DNA of 64,000 nt, taken from positions 1,531 through 65,530 of the IMG/VR virus record IMGVR_UViG_3300045952_000124. One strand, given 5' to 3'. This document shows positions 48,919-58,663 of this stretch, piece after piece. The stretch comes from a virus (Duplodnaviria; Caudoviricetes). Each line of letters opens with the position of its first letter. Positions within the stretch are counted from its first letter, which is position 1. A program made the translations under genes and the position numbers. The notes beneath the pieces were generated by a model. The model was given only the letters and a program-made list of their open reading frames with translations, had not been told where the DNA came from and ran no database searches.

Positions 48919-49527
48919 ATGCCGTACCACGGAATGACAAGCAAGCCGTGCGAAGGCTGCGGCGAAGGCGGCGGGCGTCCGGTCGGCAAGCTGTGCGCCG
49001 CCTGCACGCGCAAGTTGAAGAAGGCGGATGAGCTAGTCGCGGCGGAGCAGGCGCGGGGCGACTTGAAGGAATACAAGCGCGACCCGCACGGCTATGGGTA
49101 CTATTACAGTCACCCGGACGCCGCCCGCAATTACACTGGCACAAGCGGTCCGGGGCGGCAGGTGCAGGAAGCATGGCGCGACCTGCTGTTGGCTATGGAG
49201 ACGCCGCCCGTATCTGATAACTACTTCGACCACATGAAGGCGGAGCGGTTGATGCAGGGCGTCGGCAGGCGGTCGGACAATGAGACCAAAGTAATCCGCC
49301 TGCCGGAAGCGGTCGCGCTTGAGCTGCGTCGGCTTGACAAAGCGCTACACCTGCTAATCGTGCAGACGTACGGCGAAGGCTTCCGCGACGGCACGGCGAT
49401 GCTGCGGCGACTGGCGACAGGCAACCTAACTGTAGACGAATTGAACAAAGTCACTGCACCTGCTTACGCGGAGCCGGAGCCGCCGCAGGTGCAGGAAGCG
49501 AAAGGAGCGGACACCAATGGCAAGTAA
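48919..49527 (+). CDS. Hypothetical protein with N-terminal Zn finger
   Basis: CEGC...CAAC. Confidence 0.6.
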   Translation: MPYHGMTSKPCEGCGEGGGRPVGKLCAACTRKLKKADELVAAEQARGDLKEYKRDPHGYGYYYSHPDAARNYTGTSGPGRQVQEAWRDLLLAMETPPVSDNYFDHMKAERLMQGVGRRSDNETKVIRLPEAVALELRRLDKALHLLIVQTYGEGFRDGTAMLRRLATGNLTVDELNKVTAPAYAEPEPPQVQEAKGADTNGK

Positions 49528-50200
49528 AACAGCGAAGCCGAAGCAGGCAGAGGAAGCGCAGGAGCAGGAGCAGGAGCGCGACCCATACGGACCCGGACCG
49601 AAAGAGTACACGTTGGAGGACGTGGCGTATTGGTGCTATCTCCCGGCGTCGCACGACCTGCCGACTGGCAAGATCGTGCAGTTGGGCATCAACAGGCTGC
49701 GGGTCGTAGGGGCGCAGATTGAGCTATGCAGCGTGGGCGTAGGCTCCGCGACCGCAAAGGCTTCCTCTGCCTGCGGCTATTACCCGCACGTCCGCATCTT
49801 CGCCTACGATTGGGCGGGCGCGCTCCGGCAACTACACCCCTCAACGCAGGTGAAGTACGCACGGGCAGTACCGCCCGGCGACGTGGTGCTTGCCCCGGTC
49901 GGAGAGGACGTTGGGTCGCACGGCGTAGGGGAGCCAATGAAGCGCGGCGGCTACGTCGTGCCGTCCGACGCGCTCCGCGACTGGATAGCCACACTGCCAA
50001 TCGTGCTGCATCGCTTTGAGGTTGACCGGACATACGACCCTTCGGCGCTGCCCGGCTACATCGGCGTCTCGGACGCCCTGCGGCAGCAGGTCGTGAGGCA
50101 GGCGACTTGGGCGTGCGACTTGGTAGACGGCGTGCTTGACCCGCCGAAGCCGACGATCTACCTCTCCGCCGACCTGCAGGAGCAGCCAGCGCCCTACTAA
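49517..50200 (+). CDS. Hypothetical protein
   Basis: SD AAGGAG; coupled. Confidence 0.6.
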   Translation: MASKTAKPKQAEEAQEQEQERDPYGPGPKEYTLEDVAYWCYLPASHDLPTGKIVQLGINRLRVVGAQIELCSVGVGSATAKASSACGYYPHVRIFAYDWAGALRQLHPSTQVKYARAVPPGDVVLAPVGEDVGSHGVGEPMKRGGYVVPSDALRDWIATLPIVLHRFEVDRTYDPSALPGYIGVSDALRQQVVRQATWACDLVDGVLDPPKPTIYLSADLQEQPAPY

Positions 50201-50363
50201 CGCCCAAAACGGCGCTCTGAGATGACACAGGGCGCGTCAGAATAGCCCTGCGTGTATGTTCGCCTGCGTGAACTACTGCAGGGCTTCTCTGTTGCCTGTC
50301 GTGCGCCGCCGCCGCCGCAGGCTCCGCGACCTGCGCCCGGCAGAGAGCCGGCCACGCGCCAAT

Positions 50364-50450
50364 ATTGGTGCGAATATTGGTAGCGGATTGGTCCCGAAAC
50401 AGGTTGATACCCCACGCAGGACTTGCTATAATGTCTTAGGTAGGACATAC
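50364..50450 (+). promoter_or_regulatory. Early-type promoter P3
   Basis: ATTGG at 50364/50376/50387, TTGATA-17-TATAAT(50427), TGTCTTAGGTAGGACATAC. Confidence 0.8.
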
Positions 50451-50500
50451 GGCAGGCACACAGCGAAGCAGGCGCGGATAGCGCCGGAAGGGACACGAAA

Positions 50501-50773
50501 ATGGATAAGCAGATTGAGGACGTAACGACGTTTGAGCAGATCGCGGACGGGCAGGTGTTGCATGAGGATTTAGGCGACTATGACGGGCGCTGGTGGCTTA
50601 TGCTTGAGCCGATTGTGCGCTTGAACGGAGTGGTCTACTTCCGGTCGGCGGTCGTATCTGAGGACTGCGAAGCGTACTTGGACCTGCCGCATCTGAACAC
50701 GAAAGAGAGCGCGGTCGCACTGGCCCCGCAGTACATCGCAGACTATGAGTGGAAGCACGGGCGACGCGGATAA
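50501..50773 (+). CDS. Hypothetical protein
   Basis: After P3 and pentaloop hairpin; SD GAAGGG. Confidence 0.65.
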   Translation: MDKQIEDVTTFEQIADGQVLHEDLGDYDGRWWLMLEPIVRLNGVVYFRSAVVSEDCEAYLDLPHLNTKESAVALAPQYIADYEWKHGRRG

Positions 50774-50847
50774 GAAGTCAACAGGCTCCGCAGGTCGGAG
50801 CCGCGAGAACACAAGCGGCGCGAACAGCGCCGGAAAGGGACACGAAA

Positions 50848-51270
50848 ATGAGCGAGAAGTTTTACGGCACGAACGGCACGATGTACACCGAAGTGGAGTG
50901 GGCAGGGCTTATGAAGCTAGCGAACGTTTTGGGCGGAGTTCTCGGAAGGATAACGGACGCCGCCGCCGCAGGCAGGTCGCACGACGCGCTTGACAGGCAG
51001 AGCATCGCCGCCCTGAACGCGATGCGCCGCTTGGAAGCTTCGGGCAAGGCACGCGCCGCCGAACACTCCTGCAACGCCTGCGTTGAGACGCCCGGCTGCT
51101 GGCGGCTAGACGGCAAGGAAGTAACCTGCGTGTGCTGCGACGGTCGCGGGTGGTACACACCGGAGCAGGAAGCGGAGCATCTGGATATGCTCCGCGAGAT
51201 GCAGGCGGAGCGCACGGCGGAGCGCCGGAACGAAGAAGCGCTGTACAAGTACGAATTGCCTGCCGACTGA
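50848..51270 (+). CDS. Hypothetical protein with CxxC..CxxCxGxG Zn motif
   Basis: Leader nearly identical to that of 50501. Confidence 0.65.
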   Translation: MSEKFYGTNGTMYTEVEWAGLMKLANVLGGVLGRITDAAAAGRSHDALDRQSIAALNAMRRLEASGKARAAEHSCNACVETPGCWRLDGKEVTCVCCDGRGWYTPEQEAEHLDMLREMQAERTAERRNEEALYKYELPAD

Positions 51271-51271
51271 T

Positions 51272-51360
51272 ATTGGTCGCAGATTGGTCCTGCGGACCGG
51301 GCAGATCGGCTTGACGCCCCTCCGCAGGACTTGCTATAATGTCGTAGGTAGGACATACGA
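51272..51360 (+). promoter_or_regulatory. Early-type promoter P4
   Basis: ATTGG at 51272/51283, TTGACG-18-TATAAT(51335), TGTCGTAGGTAGGACATAC. Confidence 0.8.
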
Positions 51361-51411
51361 CGGCGGCAACGCAAGAACACACCGGGCGAACAGCCCTGAA
51401 AGGAAAAGACA

Positions 51412-52182
51412 ATGACGAACGAAATGAGCAGCGACATGAGGAAGCGACAGCAGGTGCGGAGCGGTGGCAAGTATGCGAAGTATGACGTAACGTGTGAGTT
51501 GTGCGGCAGGGGCATAAATGAGGACACTATGGAGACGCCGAACGGGTTGTACTTCGCGACCGATGAGTTGGGCTTTGTACCCTGCATCTGCGAGAAGTGC
51601 ATCCCGGTGTTTGATTGGATGAAAGAGCCGGAAGCGGTCGCGTACCTGTTGAAGTACGGAGACGGCACGCAGAAGCCCGGCAAGAAGGCGGCGGATTGGG
51701 TGTTCGTCGCGGAGCCTGCGGTTGAGGCTCCTGCGGCGGCGGCTCCGGTTGAGGTTGAGGACATGCCTGCCCCTGAGAAGGGCGACACGTTTGAGTACAG
51801 GAACGCATACGCGGCGGCGCAGGCAGAGGCGCGGGCGCAGGTCGCAGCGATTGAGAAGCGCCGGGCGCACATGCTAGCCTGTGAGCGGCTTGTACACTTC
51901 GCCCGCGAAGCGGAGCAGGCAGCGCGAGACGCCGGGTTCTCTAACACAGCCGACGTGATGCACAAGGAATATGCGTTCGGCGTTACGATGCTGGCGAAGG
52001 CTATGGACGACCTGCACGCGCTAGGCGTGCCGATGAGCTTGATGTTAGACACGCAGGGGCTTGGCAAGGCTCCTGCGGCGGCTGCGCCCGGCTCCGGCTC
52101 CGCAGGTGCAGGTCGCGAGATGCCTGCAGGCTTCGGACCGATACGCACGATGAAGGTAGTTGAGCGAGAGGACGGCAGGTAG
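51412..52182 (+). CDS. Hypothetical protein with N-terminal Zn finger
   Basis: CELC...CEKC; SD AAAGGA. Confidence 0.65.
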   Translation: MTNEMSSDMRKRQQVRSGGKYAKYDVTCELCGRGINEDTMETPNGLYFATDELGFVPCICEKCIPVFDWMKEPEAVAYLLKYGDGTQKPGKKAADWVFVAEPAVEAPAAAAPVEVEDMPAPEKGDTFEYRNAYAAAQAEARAQVAAIEKRRAHMLACERLVHFAREAEQAARDAGFSNTADVMHKEYAFGVTMLAKAMDDLHALGVPMSLMLDTQGLGKAPAAAAPGSGSAGAGREMPAGFGPIRTMKVVEREDGR

Positions 52183-52410
52183 ATGAGCTACAAGACTTTT
52201 GCGGAATTGTGCGCGGACCGCGACGGCGAGAAGTACGCCGAGAAGCCGCGCACGTTCCGGCGAGGGCAGGCGGTCCGGTACGGCACGCTGCAGGGTAAGG
52301 TCCGCAGGTTGACCGGGCGCATGTTGACGATAGACTTGGACGGCGGAGCCGGGCGGATACAGGCAAGGATAAGCGACTGCGTAGCGGTCGGAGAGGACGG
52401 CACAGCATGA
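52183..52410 (+). CDS. Small SH3/KOW-like beta protein (tentative)
   Basis: FRRGQAVRY...GKVRR pattern. Confidence 0.5.
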   Translation: MSYKTFAELCADRDGEKYAEKPRTFRRGQAVRYGTLQGKVRRLTGRMLTIDLDGGAGRIQARISDCVAVGEDGTA

Positions 52411-52706
52411 AGGCATTTACTGAGCAGCAGAAGCAACTAGCGTTTGAGCTGGTCAAGACGGAGAGCGCCCGCAACGTCGCAGGCAACAAGGCGCGCAAGC
52501 GCCCGGCGCAGGACGCGGAATGGCACAGCCTGCACGGGTCGGTCGCACGGCTTCTGGACACAGAGGAAGCTTTGGAGAAGCGCCTGTTGGACCTGCTGCG
52601 GCAGGACGGCGCAGGAGCCTCCGCGAATTACTACCTGAGCGAGTTGAAGATGATCGGGCGCGACCGGATGCGGCGTGAGGGTTCGCCCTACGTTTGGGCG
52701 AAGTAG
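52407..52706 (+). CDS. Hypothetical protein
   Basis: ATGA coupling. Confidence 0.55.
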   Translation: MKAFTEQQKQLAFELVKTESARNVAGNKARKRPAQDAEWHSLHGSVARLLDTEEALEKRLLDLLRQDGAGASANYYLSELKMIGRDRMRREGSPYVWAK

Positions 52707-52753
52707 TCTCCCGGCACAGTATTGCGCGAACAGCGCGGAAAGGACGGCACACG

Positions 52754-53356
52754 ATGAGGGACGAAGGCATGCACACACACTTGGCAGTAACAGTCAGGGC
52801 GGGCGCGGAGTTGACCGACGTAAAGACCGGGGCGCGGCTCCGGCTTGCGGAGCCGATTGAGACGGCAGTGATAGCAGTAACGGCTACGACCTGCTTCGCC
52901 TATGACAGCCGCATATACGCAGTCTCGGCGGAGTACGTGACGATAGACGGCATATGGAGCGGAGCCTTTGCGCGGGCGGCGGCGGAGCGGCACGCGGCAG
53001 GCATGGACCGGATCGGCTTGAAGACGGCACGATACCCGGCTCCGCAAGGGGAGCCTCTGCAGGCTCCGACCTGCCCGGCATGCGGAGCGGCGCTTGACCC
53101 CTCTGTGCGGCACACCTGCGGCGGCACGTTGGCGGAGTTGGAAGCCCTGCAGCATGAACACATGGCAGGACAGGTCCGGGTCCGGGCAAGGGCGAACGCC
53201 GTCGCGGAGCGCATCGCAGAGGGCAGGGCGGCGGGCGTTGAGCCGACGATCTGCAAGTCATGCAAGGCGGAGTGTCCTGCCGGGGCGACGATGTGTTGGT
53301 GCTGCCGCAACTGGACGGACGGCATGATCCGGGGCATGACGAACGATAGCGACTGA
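52754..53356 (+). CDS. Hypothetical protein with Zn ribbons
   Basis: CPACG, CKSC..C..CWCC; hairpin plus SD leader. Confidence 0.6.
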   Translation: MRDEGMHTHLAVTVRAGAELTDVKTGARLRLAEPIETAVIAVTATTCFAYDSRIYAVSAEYVTIDGIWSGAFARAAAERHAAGMDRIGLKTARYPAPQGEPLQAPTCPACGAALDPSVRHTCGGTLAELEALQHEHMAGQVRVRARANAVAERIAEGRAAGVEPTICKSCKAECPAGATMCWCCRNWTDGMIRGMTNDSD

Positions 53357-53478
53357 TGCGATTGCGAACCTTCCTGCGGCTTGCCGGAGTAGCGTTGGTG
53401 CTGCTCCGCTTGCCGTTTCTTTGGTTCTTCTGCGGCTTCGCGGGTGGCCTGTTATTCGCCCTTTTGCTGCTGCAATAG
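53356..53478 (+). CDS. 40-aa hydrophobic membrane peptide (absent from the ORF track)
   Basis: TGATG coupling; MRLRTFLRLAGVALVLLRLPFLWFFCGFAGGLLFALLLLQ. Confidence 0.5.
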   Translation: MRLRTFLRLAGVALVLLRLPFLWFFCGFAGGLLFALLLLQ

Positions 53479-53617
53479 CGCTCCGCAGAGCCGCCGCAGG
53501 ACACGCCCTGAGACGCGCTGAGATGACACAGGACGCATCAATACCCCTCTGTGGCTATGTATGCAGCCGTGCCGCTATTCTGACGATTTTGTGCGTGATT
53601 TTAGAACGTGGTTGCTA
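53472..53617 (+). repeat. Dispersed element copy D (hybrid of the two subtypes)
   Basis: Shares GCAATA.CGCTCCGCAGAGCCGCCGCAGG and GCTATTCTGACGATTT.GTGCGTGAT.TTAGAAC with copy A, and CTGAGATGACACAGG with the short copies. Confidence 0.9.
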
Positions 53618-53676
53618 CATCTGCTCCGCTCCTGCGGACCTGCAGCAGCGACGCCGCCCGGCTCCGGCAGGCGCAA

Positions 53677-53770
53677 ATTGGGCGTAGATTGGCGGCAGAT
53701 TGGGCGCGGAGCGGCTTGACCCTGCTCCGCCGACCATGCTATAATTGTCGTAGGTCGGACATACAACACA
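53677..53770 (+). promoter_or_regulatory. Early-type promoter P5
   Basis: ATTGG at 53677/53688/53699, TTGACC-18-TATAAT(53740), TGTCGTAGGTCGGACATAC. Confidence 0.8.
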
Positions 53771-53801
53771 CGGCGCGGATAGCGCAGAAGGAGCAAACGG
53801 G

Positions 53802-54341
53802 ATGGACAGTCCTGAGCGGACAATCGAATTGACGAACGGCAAGCAGGTCGCTATTGACCCTGCGGATTACGACTTGGTATCGGGGCTGCGCTGGTACGAA
53901 GTGCGCGGGTATGCTGCGGCGAGAGTACGGGGCGGCGGAGTAGTGCTGATGCACGTCTACATAATGACGGGCGGCGACTACAATGGGGCGCGGCAAGAGT
54001 CGGTCGTAGATCACAAGGACGGCGACAGGCTCCGCAATACCCGCGACAATCTGCGTTGGGCGACATACAGGCAGAACGGCTACAACAAAGGCAAGGCGTC
54101 CGGCAAGTCTAGCGCGTACAAGGGCGTGAGCAAGTGTTCGGACCGCGACAGGTGGCTTGCCTGCGTACACGTCGGCAATAAGAGCATAACGCTTGGGCGC
54201 TTCGCTACTGAGCTAGAAGCGGCGGCGGCGTACAATGAGGCGGCTTGCGCCCTGTTCGGCAAGTGGGCGCGGTTGAACAACCTGCGGGCGTCGGAGCCGT
54301 GCTTGGTTCCCGCAGATGAGATTGACGACCTGCCGTACTAA
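53802..54341 (+). CDS. HNH-AP2 homing endonuclease
   Basis: MHVYIM, VVDHKDGDRLRNTRDNLR (HNH) plus SSAYKGVS..W.A....LGRFATELEAAAAYNEAA..LFG (AP2). Confidence 0.9.
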   Translation: MDSPERTIELTNGKQVAIDPADYDLVSGLRWYEVRGYAAARVRGGGVVLMHVYIMTGGDYNGARQESVVDHKDGDRLRNTRDNLRWATYRQNGYNKGKASGKSSAYKGVSKCSDRDRWLACVHVGNKSITLGRFATELEAAAAYNEAACALFGKWARLNNLRASEPCLVPADEIDDLPY

Positions 54342-54387
54342 TCGGGCGGCAGGCTTGAACGTGCGAACAGCACAAGGAGGCTATACA

Positions 54388-54711
54388 ATGGCTACAATAC
54401 CCGGACTGGCCCTATTGGACACGTTCTGCGAAGCGGCGATGAAAGCCTGCGTCCTGCAGGCGCGGAGCCGCAACTTGGAGGTAGACGCGGAGTTGGTGAT
54501 CGGTCCTCTGCGCGTGCAGACTGCGGAGCAGTACAATAACCTGTTGGCGGACGTGAAGCACGCCGCCGCCGCAGGCGGAGTAAGCGTTGAGCGCGCTTTG
54601 GAGATGCTGCCGGGCGACATGCTCCGCGACCTGACTAACAGTCGCGCTAACGTGGCGGGCGTGCAGGCTTTGATAGCGGCGGGCTACATTCCCGCCGAAG
54701 GAGGACAGTAG
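54388..54711 (+). CDS. Hypothetical protein
   Basis: Hairpin plus AAGGAGG SD. Confidence 0.65.
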   Translation: MATIPGLALLDTFCEAAMKACVLQARSRNLEVDAELVIGPLRVQTAEQYNNLLADVKHAAAAGGVSVERALEMLPGDMLRDLTNSRANVAGVQALIAAGYIPAEGGQ

Positions 54712-54713
54712 AC

Positions 54714-55190
54714 ATGGCGGCAAAGAAGGCTTGGGGCGACGCGATTGCCCCGGACAGTGGGCAGGCGGCTATGGGGCTGCAGTCGGAGTTGACGATACCG
54801 CAGAAGGTCGTAATTGACAACGCGCTTGCGCTTCTGAAAGAGCCAAGCAACTTCTGCAAGGGACGCCCGGCAGTTGACATACACGGGCGGCGCGTCTCTC
54901 CGACCGACCGCGAAGCCGTGCGTTGGGACATTCTAGGAGCGCTCCGCAGGGCAGCAACTATGCCGCCCGGCGCGACCGAGAACGACTTGAAGGCGGTTGA
55001 GGCTGTGCTGTACGAGAAGATACGGGCGAATGAGGCGTACGCGAAGTGGGACCTGCTAGGTTTGAACGACCACAGGGGTTACTACTTCGTCGTGTCTCTC
55101 CTGCAGGCGGTCCGCGACGGCTCCGCGTGGCAAGTGCCGGATACCGCGCAGGACCGCCGCAACGCCCGGAAGAAGGCGGCAGCGAAATGA
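54714..55190 (+). CDS. DUF6197-like phage protein
   Basis: ALALL..P..FCKG..A.D..G..V.P....AVRWDILGALRRAA...LND. Confidence 0.55.
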   Translation: MAAKKAWGDAIAPDSGQAAMGLQSELTIPQKVVIDNALALLKEPSNFCKGRPAVDIHGRRVSPTDREAVRWDILGALRRAATMPPGATENDLKAVEAVLYEKIRANEAYAKWDLLGLNDHRGYYFVVSLLQAVRDGSAWQVPDTAQDRRNARKKAAAK

Positions 55191-55588
55191 GGACAGGGGC
55201 GATACCCGCGCAGGACTACGAAGGGGAGCAGGATTGGCAATCCGTTCTCCCGCGACCGGGCTTCTGCCGGGTAAAAGAGGCGTTTCTGTGGAGTACCGCT
55301 AAATCGCTGTTTGTGCCGTGGCATGCGTTCGGCTTCGTTTGGGAGTTGCGGCTTGAATGCGGGCGCGTGCATGATACGTATCGTCCGCGCTACGTGCCGG
55401 AGCGCGAGAGCAAGCACCGGAGCGTCGCCCACATACGCGCCGCAGGTGACGTGCTGCCGCCGCCAGCGCAGGTGAAATGCTCCTGCGGATTGAACCCGGA
55501 CTATGGACGCTGCAAAGGCTGCGGTCGCAAGCTAAAGAACCCGTACTACTGCGACGGCTGCGGGCGGAAAAAGGACCCGGCGAAGTAG
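55187..55588 (+). CDS. Hypothetical protein with C-terminal Zn ribbon
   Basis: ATGA coupling; LECG, CKGC..CDGC. Confidence 0.55.
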   Translation: MRTGAIPAQDYEGEQDWQSVLPRPGFCRVKEAFLWSTAKSLFVPWHAFGFVWELRLECGRVHDTYRPRYVPERESKHRSVAHIRAAGDVLPPPAQVKCSCGLNPDYGRCKGCGRKLKNPYYCDGCGRKKDPAK

Positions 55589-55589
55589 C

Positions 55590-55650
55590 TTGACACACCT
55601 GCGGCGGCGGCGTATACTTCGCAGGTCGGACACACGACACACGACACGGA
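55590..55650 (+). promoter_or_regulatory. Promoter P6
   Basis: TTGACA-17-TATACT then TCGCAGGTCGGACACACGACACACG; near-identical to P8. Confidence 0.8.
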
Positions 55651-55670
55651 CAGGAAGGGGGGTGATAGGC

Positions 55671-55844
55671 ATGAAGGAACGGGCGATGTACTGGCTTCGG
55701 CAGGCGGCATGGGCTGCGATATGCGTCTCGGCTGCGTTGCTGGTGCTGTTCGGTTTAGCGCGCCTGATGTACATCGGCTTGCCTGTGGCGGCGGATTGGC
55801 TCCGGGCGTTCTGCATAGTGCAGGACGGATGCCCCGGACACTAG
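55671..55844 (+). CDS. Small membrane protein
   Basis: SD GGGGGTGA; TM helix. Confidence 0.55.
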   Translation: MKERAMYWLRQAAWAAICVSAALLVLFGLARLMYIGLPVAADWLRAFCIVQDGCPGH

Positions 55845-55907
55845 CGGAAAGATGCGTCCTAGTGGCTCTCAGGAGCCGGGGCGCGGAGCGAATTGGAGGC
55901 AATACAC

Positions 55908-56135
55908 ATGGCTAGATACGTGCCTATAACAGAAGCGGAGCGCATGCGGCGTGCGTCGGAGTTGATAACAGAGACGACGAACGCTTACGAGAGGTTTATG
56001 CTCCTGTCCACAGATGAGGCGTTGAACGCTAGCAAGCGGGCGGACATGTTGATAGAAGCGCGGAAGTGCTTGGAGCTTCTAGGCAAGCTTACGGGCGCGC
56101 TTCCGGTCGCGCCGACCGCAGAGGAGTACAACTAA
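55908..56135 (+). CDS. Hypothetical protein
   Basis: SD GGAGG. Confidence 0.6.
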   Translation: MARYVPITEAERMRRASELITETTNAYERFMLLSTDEALNASKRADMLIEARKCLELLGKLTGALPVAPTAEEYN

Positions 56136-57088
56136 TGAGCGGCATTGGAGCGATACCCGTCAAGCGCGGCTGCGGCACGCGGCAGGCGGGCGGAGTGTAT
56201 TGGGAGTTGGGTATAGGTCCGGGCGGCGCGCCTGCAGAGGCGTTTCTGGTAGACGCTCCGCAGCTTCTACCGGAAGGGTACGTGCTACCAAACCGGGGCG
56301 TCGGCATACTGGAGCGGGGCGCAGTAACGCACTTGGTAGACCGGATCGGGCTGTCGGATTACCCTAACACGCTGGACTACTTTTTGGAGGGCAAGGAGTA
56401 CGGCTACAGCCGCCGTCTCCCGGCGACGCTTGACTACAGCGTGCTAGGAGAAGCGTCGCGGCTCCTGCCCGTGCATGACCGCGCGTTCCTGCACAACTAT
56501 GCGGACCTGTGCGCGGCGAACGTGACGCTGCCCTCTGTAATCTGCCCGAAGGGGTTGCCGCACCACCCGCTATGGTGCGCTATCGGCAGGGCGGAGCAGG
56601 TCGGTTGGCAGGAGTACGGAATAGAATTGGAGCCGCCGCAGGAGTTGAGGTCGTTCGGCACGATTGAGCGGGTCGGAGTAATCCTGCCGACGCAGCGCGT
56701 GAACCCTTTGTACGTGCGTGAGGACGCGCTTGCGGCGTCGGCACGCGGAGAGGCGTACGAACACTACCACATCGAAGTCGTGCCGCCTGAACCGATGTGC
56801 TGCTCCGCTTGGTGGAGCCTGCTTGACCCGGACACCTGCGAACCTGCGCCGCAGGTACACGGTTGGGGCGACGGCTACAGCAAGCGGAAAATGCCGTCGT
56901 TTGAATACAACGCCTACAAGGTTCCGGGCGACTTCTCTCCGAAGTACGCCCCGGCGATATTTATGAGCCTGCCTGCTTCGCGGATCGTAATCGTCCGCGA
57001 CGAAGACGACCCGCAGTACGCGGAGAAGGCGGAGCGCATAGACCGCATGCTTGACGGGCGGCTACACTTTACGGAGGTAGATCAGTGA
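56135..57088 (+). CDS. Conserved-looking hypothetical protein (RGCG.R..GGVY N-terminus)
   Basis: TAATG coupling; YPN..D...EG...G.SRRLP motif. Confidence 0.65.
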   Translation: MSGIGAIPVKRGCGTRQAGGVYWELGIGPGGAPAEAFLVDAPQLLPEGYVLPNRGVGILERGAVTHLVDRIGLSDYPNTLDYFLEGKEYGYSRRLPATLDYSVLGEASRLLPVHDRAFLHNYADLCAANVTLPSVICPKGLPHHPLWCAIGRAEQVGWQEYGIELEPPQELRSFGTIERVGVILPTQRVNPLYVREDALAASARGEAYEHYHIEVVPPEPMCCSAWWSLLDPDTCEPAPQVHGWGDGYSKRKMPSFEYNAYKVPGDFSPKYAPAIFMSLPASRIVIVRDEDDPQYAEKAERIDRMLDGRLHFTEVDQ

Positions 57089-58584
57089 GTGACAATCGGA
57101 CGAACACGAACAGGAAGCAGGGTGAGGGGCAGGCTGCACAATCGGCGCTAGACCTGTCTCTCCTGCCGGGCAAGATGCCCGAACACATAGCGAACGCGAA
57201 CATACCGCTCAACGTGCTGCCGCCCGATGCGGAGTTGATAGGACCGGAGCCGACGCCGGGCTTGATGCAGAGCCTTCGCGACTTCGGCGGCGTGCTTGTG
57301 CCGCTCCTGCTGATAGCGGAAGGGCAGCTACAGGGACCAACCGGATACATCGTAGTGGACGGCACGCGGCGCGTGAAGGGTATGCGGCGCTGGCAGCGCG
57401 AATGGGCAGAGGAAGCGGAGCGCATAGAAGCGAAGCACGGGCAGGTAGACGTTGACGCCGGAGAGGTCGCGGACTTCCGGGCGTCGCGCCCGCCCCAAAC
57501 TGTTCCGGCGCGCATATTCCCGCCGGGTTGGAGCCGGGCAGAGGTGCTATCGGTCGTAGCGAATGAGGAGCGGTCGGAGAACCTGCCCCGGACGCTTGAC
57601 AACCTGCGGCGGCTCCTGCAGGCAGGGGTTGACCCGGAAGAAGTGCGGCGCTCCTGCGGGCTTGACAAGACGCAGTACAAACAGGTCGCGCAGTTGCTAG
57701 CCTTGAACGCGGTACTCCTGCAGGCGTTGATAGACGGCAAGCTTCCGGCAGGGCGGGCGCGTGAGATAGCGAGAATGCCCGTCGCCCGGCAGGATAAGCT
57801 TGCGGCGATGTACGAAGCAGAGGGCAAGCTATCGGCAGAGGACGTGCGAGAAGTGCGGTCGGTTGGATCTGCGGCGGCGGCGGCGCTAATCCCTGACGAC
57901 GTGTTCAACACGCCCGGCGCTGATGCGTCGGCTCCGGCATGGGGCGCTATGGGGTTCACTCCGGGCGCTGTGTTGACGGCGCAGGGCATGGCGACAATCG
58001 TAGCCGTACCTGCCGGGCAGGAGCCTTCAATACCCTACGTGTACAGGGAAGTAGACACCGAACACTGGCTTGCGAAGGTCAACAGGCTTATAGCGGAAGC
58101 GCTTGACGCGACGCCTGCCGATGCTCCGCACGCGCACCAGCTAATCGCATCGCTTGCGCGGTCGGCAGAGGAAGCGGACTTCCTGCTGACGCTGTACGCG
58201 CACGGTGAGCCTAGCGGTCCTACTCCGCATGAGCAGCTAATGTCTGAGCTTGCGGCGGCGGAAGCGGAAGACCTGCGGCGGCAGTCGGAGCAGGAGCCGG
58301 AGCGGAAGAAGAAGCCCAAGAAGGAACGGCGGGCGCTATCGTCCGAGACGTACGACAACATCCCGGCTGATAGCCCGTTCTCTACGTCCGCCGATCCGAC
58401 TACGCTCCCAACAGAAGTCGCGGAGCAGGTCGGCGTTGAAGACCTGCAGGTTGACGACTTCGCGTCGCTGGCGAAGGGCGTGCAGTCGGAGCGGGTCGCG
58501 CCCGCCGAACCTGTATGGAGGCGAAAGAAGCCTGCAGAGGCGGCAGGAGTAGCCCCTGAGATGACACAGGGCGCGTCAGAATAG
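57085..58584 (+). CDS. ParB/Spo0J-like protein with HTH
   Basis: SLRDFGGVLVPLLL, YIVVDGTRRVKG, ANEERSEN, HTH-like EEVRRSCGLDKTQYKQ, GKLPAGRAREIARM. Confidence 0.75.
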   Translation: MSDNRTNTNRKQGEGQAAQSALDLSLLPGKMPEHIANANIPLNVLPPDAELIGPEPTPGLMQSLRDFGGVLVPLLLIAEGQLQGPTGYIVVDGTRRVKGMRRWQREWAEEAERIEAKHGQVDVDAGEVADFRASRPPQTVPARIFPPGWSRAEVLSVVANEERSENLPRTLDNLRRLLQAGVDPEEVRRSCGLDKTQYKQVAQLLALNAVLLQALIDGKLPAGRAREIARMPVARQDKLAAMYEAEGKLSAEDVREVRSVGSAAAAALIPDDVFNTPGADASAPAWGAMGFTPGAVLTAQGMATIVAVPAGQEPSIPYVYREVDTEHWLAKVNRLIAEALDATPADAPHAHQLIASLARSAEEADFLLTLYAHGEPSGPTPHEQLMSELAAAEAEDLRRQSEQEPERKKKPKKERRALSSETYDNIPADSPFSTSADPTTLPTEVAEQVGVEDLQVDDFASLAKGVQSERVAPAEPVWRRKKPAEAAGVAPEMTQGASE

Positions 58585-58663
58585 GTCGGCGCGTATGTTT
58601 GTATGCGTGAGGGGCGGGCGGCTGTCTGAGCGCCCCTCAACAACACGAAAGGACGAAACACGA